64,000 nt of DNA, taken from positions 31,695 to 95,694 of the forward strand of contig JAFWEJ010000013.1 in the NCBI GenBank assembly GCA_017512985.1, written 5' to 3'. Made by a program: the position numbers and the translations under genes. The notes under the pieces were generated by a model that was not told where the DNA came from, ran no database searches, and saw only the letters and a list, made by a program, of their open reading frames with translations. This DNA comes from Clostridia bacterium. GTDB taxonomy: Bacteria; Bacillota; Clostridia; Christensenellales; Aristaeellaceae. Positions 31,666 through 41,159 of the stretch are shown here, one piece after another (within the stretch, counting starts at the first letter, position 1; the number at the start of each line of letters is the position of its first letter).

Positions 31666-34299
31666 TCAGAGCTTCTTCTTGTTCTTCATCTGCTCCCACA
31701 GCACGTCCGCCGCCGCCTGGGTTTCTTTTTCTGTTTTCTGCTTCACCGGTTTCTGTTTCTTTGCCGGAGCCGGTTTCGCTTCTTCGGCAGTTTCCTTTTT
31801 CACGGGCTCACGGAACAGGTCCAGCCTCCGCTGCGCCGCGTCAAACAGGAACAGCAGCAGCGCCAGGCCGGCCAGCAGCGATGTCAGGTCGGTCCGTTTC
31901 CGCGCGGCCATATCCGGGAACTCCAGAAGGCCGTCCGTGCTTTCACAGACCCGGCCGCCCGTTTCCTGCGCCAGCGTCTCCAGCGCGCCGGTATCCTCCT
32001 GCCGCTGGTCGTATTCCCCGGTCCAGCTGACCACGCCTCCGCCCTCGGCCGTCTTCAGCACATGGCCGTTCCCGTCCTCCATCTCAATCCGCGCGGCATA
32101 GGCTCCGGCAAGCGCGGTATCCGTTTCTCCCTCGAACCGGGACTCCGAGACCCGTTCCAGGCGCAGCGTTTCCTTTTCACCGTCCGGCCGGATCAGGGTC
32201 ACCGCCGCGGCGGACGCCTCGGCCGGGGCTTCCGTTTCCCAGGCCATCCTGCCGCCGTCCAGCGTAATCTCTCCGCCGCCGGAACGGTCCGGCAGGATAA
32301 AGGAAATCATCCCGGAGAAGAACTCCGCCGCCCGGTCCCAGCTGAGGAACGCGCTGCTCCAGCCGCCCTGGACATCGCTCGTCCAACACAGCACCCGGCC
32401 CGCGCCGTACTGCCACCAGGCCAGGATCGGATCCTGGCGGTCGCTGCAAAGCGCGACGGTGGCCAGCGGTTTTTCTGTCACCGCGAGATAGCCTGCCAGT
32501 TCCGGGAAGCCGGGGAAATCCGTCATCCCGCTGTCCGTGACCGCCGGCGTAAACACGCGGTTCTGCACATACGCGCCGGAGATCATCATCGTTTCTTTTG
32601 TAAAGATCCGGGGCAGGCTGTCAAAGGGCCCGGCCGCGTACATCCGGCCCTGCCCGATCTCCGCGATCTTCGCCATACCCCTGTAGTCGGCGCCGTCTCC
32701 CACCGCCACGGTCGTCACGGTGATGCCGCTGCCCGCCATCTTCCGCACAATGTCCAGGTAGCCGGTATCGCCGGCCTCGCCGTCCGTCAGGAAGATCACA
32801 TGCTTATACTGCGCTTTGGCCATCTTCAGCGCCTCATATGCCATCACCAGGGGCGTATAGAACGCCGTGCCGCCGCCGGGCCGGATGGTGGCCACCTGCT
32901 CCTGCATTGCGGAAACGTCTGTCACATAGCTTACGGGAATCACCCATTTCCCGGCGTCGTCAAAAGCAATCACGCCGGCCTGGTCCCGTTCATTGAGCAC
33001 CTCCAGCGCGGCGCACGCCGCCTCCCGTGCCAGCTGCAGCCGGGTCACGCCGTAGGAGGAATCCGTCATGGAGCCTGATTTGTCGATCACCAGCACCAGG
33101 GCGGTCGTCGGAAGTTCCATCCGGTTCTTCACGTCGATCGTCACCGGCAGCATCTCTTCCAGTTTGCTTCCCCGGTATCCGCCCAGGGCGTAGCTGCTGT
33201 CGCCGCCGAATACGGCGACGCCGACGCCCAGTTCCTTTGCCGCCATGTCCAGGGCGGCAATCTGTCCCTCCGTCATCCGGTCCGCGTCGGCGTTCACAAG
33301 CGCCACGGCGTGGTACGCCATCAGGTCCGCCGCCTGTTCCGGCAGCATTGCCTGGGGGATCACGCTCACCTGCATGCCCGCCGCGGCCAGCATCTTTTCG
33401 AGCGCTGCTCCCGCGCCGTTCTGTCCTTCCGCGATCAGCACAGAGGGCTCCCCGGCGATCACGGTATAGGCCGCGCCGCTGTCGTTGGCGGAGACGCTGT
33501 CCCCGTCCATCAGCACCTGCGCTTCGATGGTGCATACGCCCGCGTTTCCCGCCACCGCGTCAAAGGCAAACGTATTCTCGCCTTTCCGCAGGGTTACGGT
33601 ACGCGTCTGGGCCTCGCCCCGGTCCCGCGTCAGCAGCAGCGTTGCTTCACCGGCCGCGTTCGCGTGCACTGTCACGACGGCTGTATATTTCTGTCCTGTA
33701 TACAGGGAAGACGGTACGGAAACGGATGTCACCTGCGCGTCCGTCCCGCTGCGGGTTTCCGTCTTCAGGACGTTCACCGGCACGCCGCCGGCGGAGCGGA
33801 AGAAGCCTTCCTCCCCGGTCACACGCCCGTCGCTGATTACGGCGATCCCACCGTTGGAATCCGCCGGCAGCAGGGCGGATGCCAGCTGCAGGGCGCTGTT
33901 CAGGTCGCTGGCGGAACGGTCCACCCGCTCCGTCAGGTCGCCCAGCGGCGTTGTCCGGCCGATCGGCCGTTCCACCGCGGCGTTTCCGCCGAAGGCGATC
34001 ACGCCGGTTTTCCGGTCCCCGTTCTTTTCCAGCGCCTCCCGGGCCAGGCGGACCGTTTCTTCCTCATTCACACTGGCGGAAACGTCCACCAGCAGGAACG
34101 CGGTCCGGTCCGGGCTGGCGGTCAGCAGGCTCATGCCGGCCAGGGCCAGCGCGGCCAGGGTGATAATCACATGCCGCAGGATATGCGAGATCTTTTCTTT
34201 CAGGGAACGGCTTTTCCGTACCAGACAGATTGCCAGGACCACGGCGGCGCATACCGGCAGGGCAAGCAGCCGCAGCGGATGCATAAACTCAACCGACAT
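31666..34299 (-). CDS. Membrane-anchored double vWA domain protein
   Basis: MIDAS motifs DVSAS and DKSGSM, TDG; N- and C-terminal TM segments. Confidence 0.88.
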   Translation of the reverse strand: MSVEFMHPLRLLALPVCAAVVLAICLVRKSRSLKEKISHILRHVIITLAALALAGMSLLTASPDRTAFLLVDVSASVNEEETVRLAREALEKNGDRKTGVIAFGGNAAVERPIGRTTPLGDLTERVDRSASDLNSALQLASALLPADSNGGIAVISDGRVTGEEGFFRSAGGVPVNVLKTETRSGTDAQVTSVSVPSSLYTGQKYTAVVTVHANAAGEATLLLTRDRGEAQTRTVTLRKGENTFAFDAVAGNAGVCTIEAQVLMDGDSVSANDSGAAYTVIAGEPSVLIAEGQNGAGAALEKMLAAAGMQVSVIPQAMLPEQAADLMAYHAVALVNADADRMTEGQIAALDMAAKELGVGVAVFGGDSSYALGGYRGSKLEEMLPVTIDVKNRMELPTTALVLVIDKSGSMTDSSYGVTRLQLAREAACAALEVLNERDQAGVIAFDDAGKWVIPVSYVTDVSAMQEQVATIRPGGGTAFYTPLVMAYEALKMAKAQYKHVIFLTDGEAGDTGYLDIVRKMAGSGITVTTVAVGDGADYRGMAKIAEIGQGRMYAAGPFDSLPRIFTKETMMISGAYVQNRVFTPAVTDSGMTDFPGFPELAGYLAVTEKPLATVALCSDRQDPILAWWQYGAGRVLCWTSDVQGGWSSAFLSWDRAAEFFSGMISFILPDRSGGGEITLDGGRMAWETEAPAEASAAAVTLIRPDGEKETLRLERVSESRFEGETDTALAGAYAARIEMEDGNGHVLKTAEGGGVVSWTGEYDQRQEDTGALETLAQETGGRVCESTDGLLEFPDMAARKRTDLTSLLAGLALLLFLFDAAQRRLDLFREPVKKETAEEAKPAPAKKQKPVKQKTEKETQAAADVLWEQMKNKKKL

Positions 34300-35887
34300 A
34301 GCGCGCGACCCCCATTTCTGCAAGCATCAGGACCAGGAATGCCGCCAGCAGGATCGCCGTCAGCTCCTGTCCCCGGTCGCTCCGTCCCGCGATATCCTCC
34401 GCCGCGTCGTCCGGCGCCACCGTCCGCACGTCGCTTTCTTCCAGCGGCATGAGGGCTTCCGTTGTTTCTTCGGTTTCCGTTCCGGCAGGCAGCAGCCAGT
34501 CCAGCATGTTCTGGATCAGCACGGGAAAATCATATTTTAAGGGCAGATTGGAATTGTGCAGGTCAAACCCCAGCGCCGCCATCCCCTCGGCATAGGCAAC
34601 CACAACCTGCCCGTCCAGGGTGGCCGCGGCTTTCCCGCCGCTGACCGGCCGGATGCTGCGGAAGAACACGTCCTTCATCGTCAGCCCTTTGGTCAGCGGA
34701 TTTTCCGAAATCACAGTCGCCGGACTGCCGGTCACAGCCGTTTCTTCCGCCGCCCAGCTGAACGGTCCGAACGCTGTTGCCTCAGGATTATATCCTTCCT
34801 CTGGCAGCGTCCGGGTCACAATCAGGGGAGATGTGCCGAGAATATACAGGTCCGCTTCCGTCGAGGCAAGCGCTTTTTCTTCCGTCCGTACCACGGTCAG
34901 GTCCGAACGCACCCGCAGGGCGCTCTCCAGGAACACGCTGTCCGAGGTTACCGCGACCGTCCTGGCCACGGCATGTTTCACCGCCGCTTCCGCGGTATTG
35001 TCTGCGGCCAGCGCGTCCTTCTCCCGCAGGCTCACGCGTACGCGCCGCGCGCCTTCCGGAATCGAAAACCCAATCCCGACGCTTTCCCCGGCGGGGATTT
35101 CCGCCTCCCTTGCGTCGCACAGCACGCCGTCCGCCTCGCAGGTCAGCGATACGCTGCAGTCCTCTCCGTAATTCATAACGCGTGCAAACGCCTGCCCGTC
35201 CGCGGCCTCCAGGGAATAAACCGCGCGGTTCTCCCCGCCCGCGCCGCAGTTGACAATGGACAGGGAAAACGCACCGCCGCGGATCGCCGCCTGGCTCCGC
35301 CGGAATGTATCGGAATACACCACCGTGTTCGCGCCGGTTTCTTCTTCGCCTTCCCGGGCGATCGCGTCCGCCAGGGCCAGCGCCCGGACAATGTCCGCTC
35401 CCGCCCGTCCGCAGGTCACGGACGCGACGGCTTTCTCCGCTTCCTCCCGTTCAGCGGAAAGGGCAAGCCGCTCCGTTTCCGCTCCGGCGGCCAGCACGGT
35501 GATCTTCTCCTCCGCCGGCAGCGTCCGGATCAGCGCGAGGGCTTCCTCCTTCGCTGTTTCCAGCCGGGTGCGTCCTTCTGTCTCCGCCTGCATGCTGCCG
35601 GATACGTCGAAAATCAGCACAGTCCGGCCGGCGGTACCGCCCGGGATCGCCGGGCGCATCAGCGCCAGCGCCAGGGCCAGCGCCGCCAGGATCTGCAGCG
35701 GCAGCAGCAGGTTCTTCATCAGCTTCTGGAACGGCCGGTTCACCGCGTAATCCTTCACGCTCTTCCGCCAGAGAAAGACAGAAGGAACCTGCCGCGGCAG
35801 GTATCTCCTGCGCAGCAGGTAAAGCACCAGGATCAGCGCCGGCGCCGCCAGCGCCCAGGCAAAGCCCGGAGAGAGAAAATGAATCAT
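34289..35887 (-). CDS. BatA-type N-terminus plus vWA domain protein
   Basis: LYLLRRR...VPSVFLW...ALMRP, DVSGSM. Confidence 0.88.
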   Translation of the reverse strand: MIHFLSPGFAWALAAPALILVLYLLRRRYLPRQVPSVFLWRKSVKDYAVNRPFQKLMKNLLLPLQILAALALALALMRPAIPGGTAGRTVLIFDVSGSMQAETEGRTRLETAKEEALALIRTLPAEEKITVLAAGAETERLALSAEREEAEKAVASVTCGRAGADIVRALALADAIAREGEEETGANTVVYSDTFRRSQAAIRGGAFSLSIVNCGAGGENRAVYSLEAADGQAFARVMNYGEDCSVSLTCEADGVLCDAREAEIPAGESVGIGFSIPEGARRVRVSLREKDALAADNTAEAAVKHAVARTVAVTSDSVFLESALRVRSDLTVVRTEEKALASTEADLYILGTSPLIVTRTLPEEGYNPEATAFGPFSWAAEETAVTGSPATVISENPLTKGLTMKDVFFRSIRPVSGGKAAATLDGQVVVAYAEGMAALGFDLHNSNLPLKYDFPVLIQNMLDWLLPAGTETEETTEALMPLEESDVRTVAPDDAAEDIAGRSDRGQELTAILLAAFLVLMLAEMGVARYVG

Positions 35888-35904
35888 CTATATGAGTCCT
35901 TCGT

Positions 35905-35945
35905 TAATTCAAAATTCAAAATTCAAAATTCATAATTCATAATTG
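35905..35945. repeat. Heptamer array (AATTCAA/AATTCAT)
   Basis: aattcaa aattcaa aattcaa aattcat aattcat aattg. Confidence 0.8.
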
Positions 35946-35953
35946 AATCATGG

Positions 35954-36805
35954 TTATATCATTCTGCTCTGAGATAACAGCGGAATGAAGCATTCTTCAA
36001 ATGGTTTACTGCCGTCCAGCAGCATATAAGGCGCTTCCCGTGAAGAACAGTTTTCCTGAACCTGTTTCAGGAAATCGTTCAGCGCTTCCCGGTACGCTTC
36101 CAGCGCGGAGCGGTCCGCCAGCAGGTCGATCTTCTCCCCGCTCTCGCTGTCCGTGAGCCGGACAGCCCCATCCATCCCGGGCCGCAGTTCCTCCCCGGAA
36201 AGCACCTGGATCACCGCGGTTTCCTGCTTCAGGTAACGCAGATAGTCCAGCGCCTCTTTCAGGACGTCCTCTGTATAGCCGTCCGTAATCAGGAAGCACA
36301 GGCCTTTTTTCAGGCCTTCCGTATGTTTCACCGCTTCAGTCAGCGTTCCTTCGTTCCCGTCCGGCGCGCAGGTGTCCAGGAAACCGGTCAGCCGAGGAAA
36401 CGCGGCGCGGCCGGCAAACTGCGGAGACCGCAGCGCGCGGCCGTTCTTCAGCGCCTGCACGCACAGCCGGTCTCCGCCTGTCAGCGCCAGGTAGCCGACC
36501 GCTTCCGCCGCCGACCGGGCGGAAGCCCACTTGGCTTCCATCGAGGCGCTCGCGTCCAACAGCACCGTCACCATTGACTCCTGTTCCTCCATGAACAGCT
36601 TCAGGAACAGCCGGTCAAAACGGGCAAGCGCGTTCCAGTCCAGGCGGCGGATATCGTCGCCCGGAACATACTCCCGGTAATCCGAAAACTCGGCCGAAGA
36701 ACCGGTCTGCCGGGACCGGCGGGTACCGCCCGCCCCTCCCTGCGCCCTTCCGCGCATGGCCAGGCTCAGCGTATCCAGCCTTGAAAGAAAACGATCAGAC
36801 AGCAT
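35954..36805 (-). CDS. DUF58 domain protein
   Basis: EFSDYREYVPGDDIRRLDWN, DASASM. Confidence 0.93.
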   Translation of the reverse strand: MLSDRFLSRLDTLSLAMRGRAQGGAGGTRRSRQTGSSAEFSDYREYVPGDDIRRLDWNALARFDRLFLKLFMEEQESMVTVLLDASASMEAKWASARSAAEAVGYLALTGGDRLCVQALKNGRALRSPQFAGRAAFPRLTGFLDTCAPDGNEGTLTEAVKHTEGLKKGLCFLITDGYTEDVLKEALDYLRYLKQETAVIQVLSGEELRPGMDGAVRLTDSESGEKIDLLADRSALEAYREALNDFLKQVQENCSSREAPYMLLDGSKPFEECFIPLLSQSRMI

Positions 36806-36826
36806 TTCCCTTTGTTCTTTCCTGTA

Positions 36827-36866
36827 TCATTTAATTATTCATTATTCATTGTTCATTGTTCATTAT
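36827..36866. repeat. Heptamer array starting at MoxR stop codon
   Basis: ttcatta ttcattg ttcattg ttcatta. Confidence 0.8.
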
Positions 36867-37846
36867 TTTTCTGCCACCGCCGTCAGGATATCCCGCAGCA
36901 CCGCTTCCATATCCTTCCCGGCCGTAACCGCCTCAAAGTTCAGCGCCGCGCGGTGCCGCAGGCAGGCGGGCGCCGCGAAACGGATATCCTCATACGCCAC
37001 GTTGTACCGTCCCTTTGCCAGGGCGCGGACCCTTGCCGCGGACAGCAGCGCCTGCGCCGCGCGGGGGCTTGCCCCGAAGCGCAGGTACTTCTTCGCCGCC
37101 TCCGGCGCGTCCTCCGTTTCCGGATGGGTCGCGAGCACCAGCCGCAGCGCGTATTCCTGCACGCTGGCCGCGATCGGTACGCTCCGGGCCGCCGCGCGCA
37201 TGGCCAGCAGTTCCTCCGCGTTGATCACCTGCTGCGCTTCGCTTCCGCCGTCCTTCACGGTCAGATCCACAATCGCGCCCAGCTCCTCCAGCGTCGGGAA
37301 CGGCACCAGTACCTTGAACAGGAACCGGTCCAGCTGCGCCTCCGGCAGCGGATAGGTGCCTTCCTGTTCCACCGGATTCTGGGTAGCCAGCACAAAATAG
37401 GGTTCCGGCAGTTTCCTGGTTTCTCCGGCAACAGTTACGGAATGCTCCTGCATGGCCTCCAGGAGCGCCGCCTGCGTCTTGGGCGTGGCGCGGTTGATCT
37501 CGTCCGCCAGCACAATGGAAGAGAACAGCGGCCCTTCCTGGAAACGGAAGGCGTTTCCTTCCTCTGTGCGCACCAGGATGTTCGTGCCCGTGATGTCCGC
37601 GGGCATCAGGTCCGGCGTAAACTGGATGCGGGAGAACGGCAGGTCCAGCACCTTGCCCAGCACCCGCACCAGGTGCGTTTTGCCCAGCCCGGGCACGCCC
37701 TCCAGCAGCACGTTGCCGCCCGCGATCACCGCCAGCAGCAGGTGCTCCACCACGTCCGCCTGGCCGATCATCTCCTTGGCGATCTCCGCCCGGATCTTTT
37801 CATACTGTTCCGCGAACCGTTCCACAGCCCCAATCTTCTCACTCAT
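36863..37846 (-). CDS. MoxR family AAA+ ATPase
   Basis: GVPGLGKT, RIQFTPDLMPADITG, DEINRA, ATQNP, LPEAQLDRF. Confidence 0.95.
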   Translation of the reverse strand: MSEKIGAVERFAEQYEKIRAEIAKEMIGQADVVEHLLLAVIAGGNVLLEGVPGLGKTHLVRVLGKVLDLPFSRIQFTPDLMPADITGTNILVRTEEGNAFRFQEGPLFSSIVLADEINRATPKTQAALLEAMQEHSVTVAGETRKLPEPYFVLATQNPVEQEGTYPLPEAQLDRFLFKVLVPFPTLEELGAIVDLTVKDGGSEAQQVINAEELLAMRAAARSVPIAASVQEYALRLVLATHPETEDAPEAAKKYLRFGASPRAAQALLSAARVRALAKGRYNVAYEDIRFAAPACLRHRAALNFEAVTAGKDMEAVLRDILTAVAEK

Positions 37847-37858
37847 ACCGCTGTATCC

Positions 37859-37905
37859 TTTCATTGTGCATTGTTCATTATTCATTTTTCATTATTCATT
37901 GTTAT
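37859..37905. repeat. Heptamer array
   Basis: tcattg tgcattg ttcatta ttcattt ttcatta ttcattg. Confidence 0.8.
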
Positions 37906-39314
37906 TGCTGTTCCGTCAGCAGCCTGTAATATTCATCCACCCACCGGCGTTCCTGCACGGTCAGGTTCTCCCGGTCCGCGGCCCGGGCTTCCGTATCCGC
38001 ATATTCCTGCAGCGCTTCGCCCCAGGGAACGTCCCCGTCCAGGTTCCCCCGTCCGGGGCCGGTTTCGATCTGCACCGAATCCTCATCGCCCAGCCGGTAC
38101 TGTTCCGTCATCACGTTTTCCTTTTCCTTCGCGATGTGCTCCGGATCATAGATCGTCTCATATTTGACTTCCTTATACCGCGGATCCCGGTTTCCTGTCA
38201 CAGGCCCGCCGCTGCTGCCCGCGCCGCCCTGCTGTTCCTCGTTGGTCGTGCCTTCCCCGGCTCCGCCGCCGGTCATTCCGTTCCTGCCGGTGCCGCTTCC
38301 GCCGGCACCGTTCTGTCCGGCCTGGCCGCTGTTGTTTGCAATTCCGCCGGCACCTTCCCCGGACTGCATTCCCTGCCCCGGGCTGCCCGCGTTTTCCTTT
38401 ATGCCGGTTCCCGCCAGCAGGGAGGGGTTCACCATGCTCTTCAGCGCCGAGACCGCCTGCATGGTCTGCATCTGCCCCGCGCCGGAATCCCCTGCGTTTA
38501 AGGCCTGTGCTGAAGCCTTTGCGTCGCTGCCTCCGGAAGATTTGCCTTCCGCGTTTTTCTGTTCTCCGTCGCCGGCACCGTTGTCGCTGTCTGCGCCCGC
38601 TTCCGCAGATACTTCTCCCGCGGTCTTCTGCTGCCGCATCTGCTCCAGCCGCTGTTCCGCCCGGTCCAGCGCCACCAGCGCGTCCGCGGCGTCGCGGCTC
38701 TGTCCCAGCTCCCGTTTCAGGTCCGCTGTAATCTTCCGCAGTTCGCTCTTCTTTTCGTCCGGCAGCCGTTCCTCGTCCTCTTCCGCCGCCCGGTCGATCA
38801 TCTCCCGCGCTTCCTGCACGGTCCGGTTCAGCGTCTTTTTCGCCGCCGCGGCTGCGTCCTGCCCGTTCGGGATCATGAGCAGGCCGCACAGCAGCGCCGC
38901 GCAGCCCAGCGCCGCGAGCAGTTCCTTCTTCACGCTGCCCGGCCGGATCTGTTTTACGTCCAGTTTTTTCAGCGCGGCGCAGGCGTCTTTCCGCTGGAGT
39001 TCTCGGATCGGTTCATTGCCCGGCTCCAGCGCCGTAACCGCCCGTTCCTTCAGGCCGCAGGCGTCCGCCTCTTCCGCCGCCGTCTTGTTCTTCACGGGGC
39101 GCGCCGCGTTTCCCAGTGCCGCCGCCAGCGTCCCCGCGGCGGCTGCCGCCAGGGCCCACAGGCCGCGGTCCGGAACAGGCGTGAAAAACGCGGCTGCCTG
39201 CAGAACCGCAGCAGCCGCGAGCCCCGCGGCCAGGCCGGCCGCGGCGCCCCGGAGAAATCTGTTCCGGCGGATCCGCGCCTTTACCGGGCGCAGCGCCCTC
39301 AATACTTCCTGCAT
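37902..39314 (-). CDS. Membrane protein with coiled coil and Gly/Ser/Gln-rich tail (MoxR-operon accessory)
   Basis: Three N-terminal hydrophobic segments, LKERAVTAL, low-complexity linker, VDEYY end. Confidence 0.75.
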   Translation of the reverse strand: MQEVLRALRPVKARIRRNRFLRGAAAGLAAGLAAAAVLQAAAFFTPVPDRGLWALAAAAAGTLAAALGNAARPVKNKTAAEEADACGLKERAVTALEPGNEPIRELQRKDACAALKKLDVKQIRPGSVKKELLAALGCAALLCGLLMIPNGQDAAAAAKKTLNRTVQEAREMIDRAAEEDEERLPDEKKSELRKITADLKRELGQSRDAADALVALDRAEQRLEQMRQQKTAGEVSAEAGADSDNGAGDGEQKNAEGKSSGGSDAKASAQALNAGDSGAGQMQTMQAVSALKSMVNPSLLAGTGIKENAGSPGQGMQSGEGAGGIANNSGQAGQNGAGGSGTGRNGMTGGGAGEGTTNEEQQGGAGSSGGPVTGNRDPRYKEVKYETIYDPEHIAKEKENVMTEQYRLGDEDSVQIETGPGRGNLDGDVPWGEALQEYADTEARAADRENLTVQERRWVDEYYRLLTEQQ

Positions 39315-39316
39315 AC

Positions 39317-40228
39317 TCAGTTACTCTTGATTGTTTTTGTTCCTTTGCGGATCATCAGCGACGCCAGGCCGAGCAGGATCGCGGAGATTACCAGCATCCC
39401 TGCGGCACAGGCCAGTGCGATGAAGATCCATCCGGCGCGGTCCGCCATCAGCCAGGTGCAGAGGATCCGCCCCCATCCCTTCAGCTCAGCATAGGAGCTG
39501 AAAAAGTGCAGTTCGCCCTGGATCAGCGCCATCAGGCCGAAGCCGGGGTTCAGGTACAGCAGCGGGGAGATCATCGCCCGCGCTTCGCCCGCGGTCAGCG
39601 CCGCGTATTTTGCCCGGTCATAGACCACGTCCGTAATCCGCTGCGGATAGCCGGACAGGAACGGCAGTGCCGTGACCACGCCGATCGCGAGGATCACCAG
39701 ATAGCTGATCACGCCGCTGAATACCGTGCTCCGGGAGACCGAAGAGCAGAACACGCCGATCGACACACAGGCAAACGCCTCCGCCAGCAGGAACAGTTCA
39801 CCGATCAGGATATGCAGGAGGGAAACGCCGCCGGTCAGCAGGCACAGGCTCATCACCGGCAGGCCGCACAGGATCAGCAGCGCGAGCATCGCGAAGCTTT
39901 CCATAACCTTGCCGATTACAATGCGGAAGGATCCGGTATTCGTCACCAGCAGCAGATCCAGCGTCTGGCGCTCCCGCTCTCCCGCCACAGAGGCGGAAGT
40001 CATCGCCGGGGCGATCAGGATCAGCAGGCCGAACTGGCCCGCCAGCAGCGCCAGGTAGCACAGCGGTCCGCGGGTCATCGTGCTTAAGTATACCACATCA
40101 TTGAAAAAGGGGCTCAGGAACGCGATTGCGAGTATCAGCAGCGCCGCCACATACACGATCACGATCAGCATGGTCTTGAAAGACCGCATGCGCCGGGTAG
40201 CCGAGAAAGCCATAATCGGATTAAGCAC
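39317..40228 (-). CDS. ABC-2 type permease
   Basis: LNPI...RRMR, SVAGERERQTLDLLLVT, IVIGK. Confidence 0.9.
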   Translation of the reverse strand: MLNPIMAFSATRRMRSFKTMLIVIVYVAALLILAIAFLSPFFNDVVYLSTMTRGPLCYLALLAGQFGLLILIAPAMTSASVAGERERQTLDLLLVTNTGSFRIVIGKVMESFAMLALLILCGLPVMSLCLLTGGVSLLHILIGELFLLAEAFACVSIGVFCSSVSRSTVFSGVISYLVILAIGVVTALPFLSGYPQRITDVVYDRAKYAALTAGEARAMISPLLYLNPGFGLMALIQGELHFFSSYAELKGWGRILCTWLMADRAGWIFIALACAAGMLVISAILLGLASLMIRKGTKTIKSN

Positions 40229-41159
40229 CCTGCGTCACCTCCATAAAGACCTTTTCCAGGTTCATCGGCGCGCGGTGGAAATCACACACCGGCACGCCCT
40301 TCATGATCAGCTGGCGGAGCACGTCCTCGCAGACGTCGGCGCCGTTCTCCAGCCGGATCCGTAGCAGGAAAGGCTCCTCCTGCGTGATCTCGATCACCGC
40401 GGGCATCTCCTTCAGGCAGCGGACCGCGGTTTCCACCTGCTCCCCGCCGCAGCCTTCCGTCAGGCGGATGTCCAGCGGCGCGTTTCCGTTCATCTTGTCG
40501 CTCAGCTCGTCCACGTTGCCGGAGAACACCAGCTGGCCGTGGTCCAGGATCGTCAGGCTGTCGCACATTTCAGCCAGTTCCGGCAGGATGTGGGAGGAAA
40601 TCAGCACGGTCTTCCCCATCTCCCGCAGGGTGCGCAGGATGCCTTTCATCTCCGCCCGGGCACGGGGATCCATGCCGGATGCCGGCTCGTCCAGGATCAG
40701 CAGTTTCGGGTCATGGATCAGGCTGCGCGCCAGGCACAGCCGCTGCTTCATGCCGCGGGACAGCGCGTCAACATATTCGTTTTCCTTTTCTTCCAGCTGA
40801 ACCAGCTCCAGCAGCTGGCGGATCATCCGTTTCCGTTCCGCCGCGCCGATGCGGTAGCACCGGGCATAGAAGTCCAGGTATTCCCAGCACTTCAGGCTGT
40901 CGTATACGCCGAAGAAGTCCGGCATATAGCCCACCAGTTTCCGGGCCTTATGCCCTTCCTTCACCACGTCCGTGCCGTCTACAAAGGCCGTCCCGGAAGT
41001 GGGTTTCATCAGGGTGGCCAGAATCCGCATGGTCGTGGTCTTGCCGGCGCCGTTGGGGCCCACAAATCCGTGCAGCGCGCCGTCAGGAATCTCAAGGTTC
41101 AGCCCCTTCAGGGCCGGAAAAGAGCCGTAGTTCTTTTTCAGGTTTTCAATTTTCAGCAT
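40221..41159 (-). CDS. ABC transporter ATP-binding protein
   Basis: GPNGAGKTT, GYMPDFFGVY, LSRGMKQR, LDEPASGMDP. Confidence 0.95.
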   Translation of the reverse strand: MLKIENLKKNYGSFPALKGLNLEIPDGALHGFVGPNGAGKTTTMRILATLMKPTSGTAFVDGTDVVKEGHKARKLVGYMPDFFGVYDSLKCWEYLDFYARCYRIGAAERKRMIRQLLELVQLEEKENEYVDALSRGMKQRLCLARSLIHDPKLLILDEPASGMDPRARAEMKGILRTLREMGKTVLISSHILPELAEMCDSLTILDHGQLVFSGNVDELSDKMNGNAPLDIRLTEGCGGEQVETAVRCLKEMPAVIEITQEEPFLLRIRLENGADVCEDVLRQLIMKGVPVCDFHRAPMNLEKVFMEVTQGA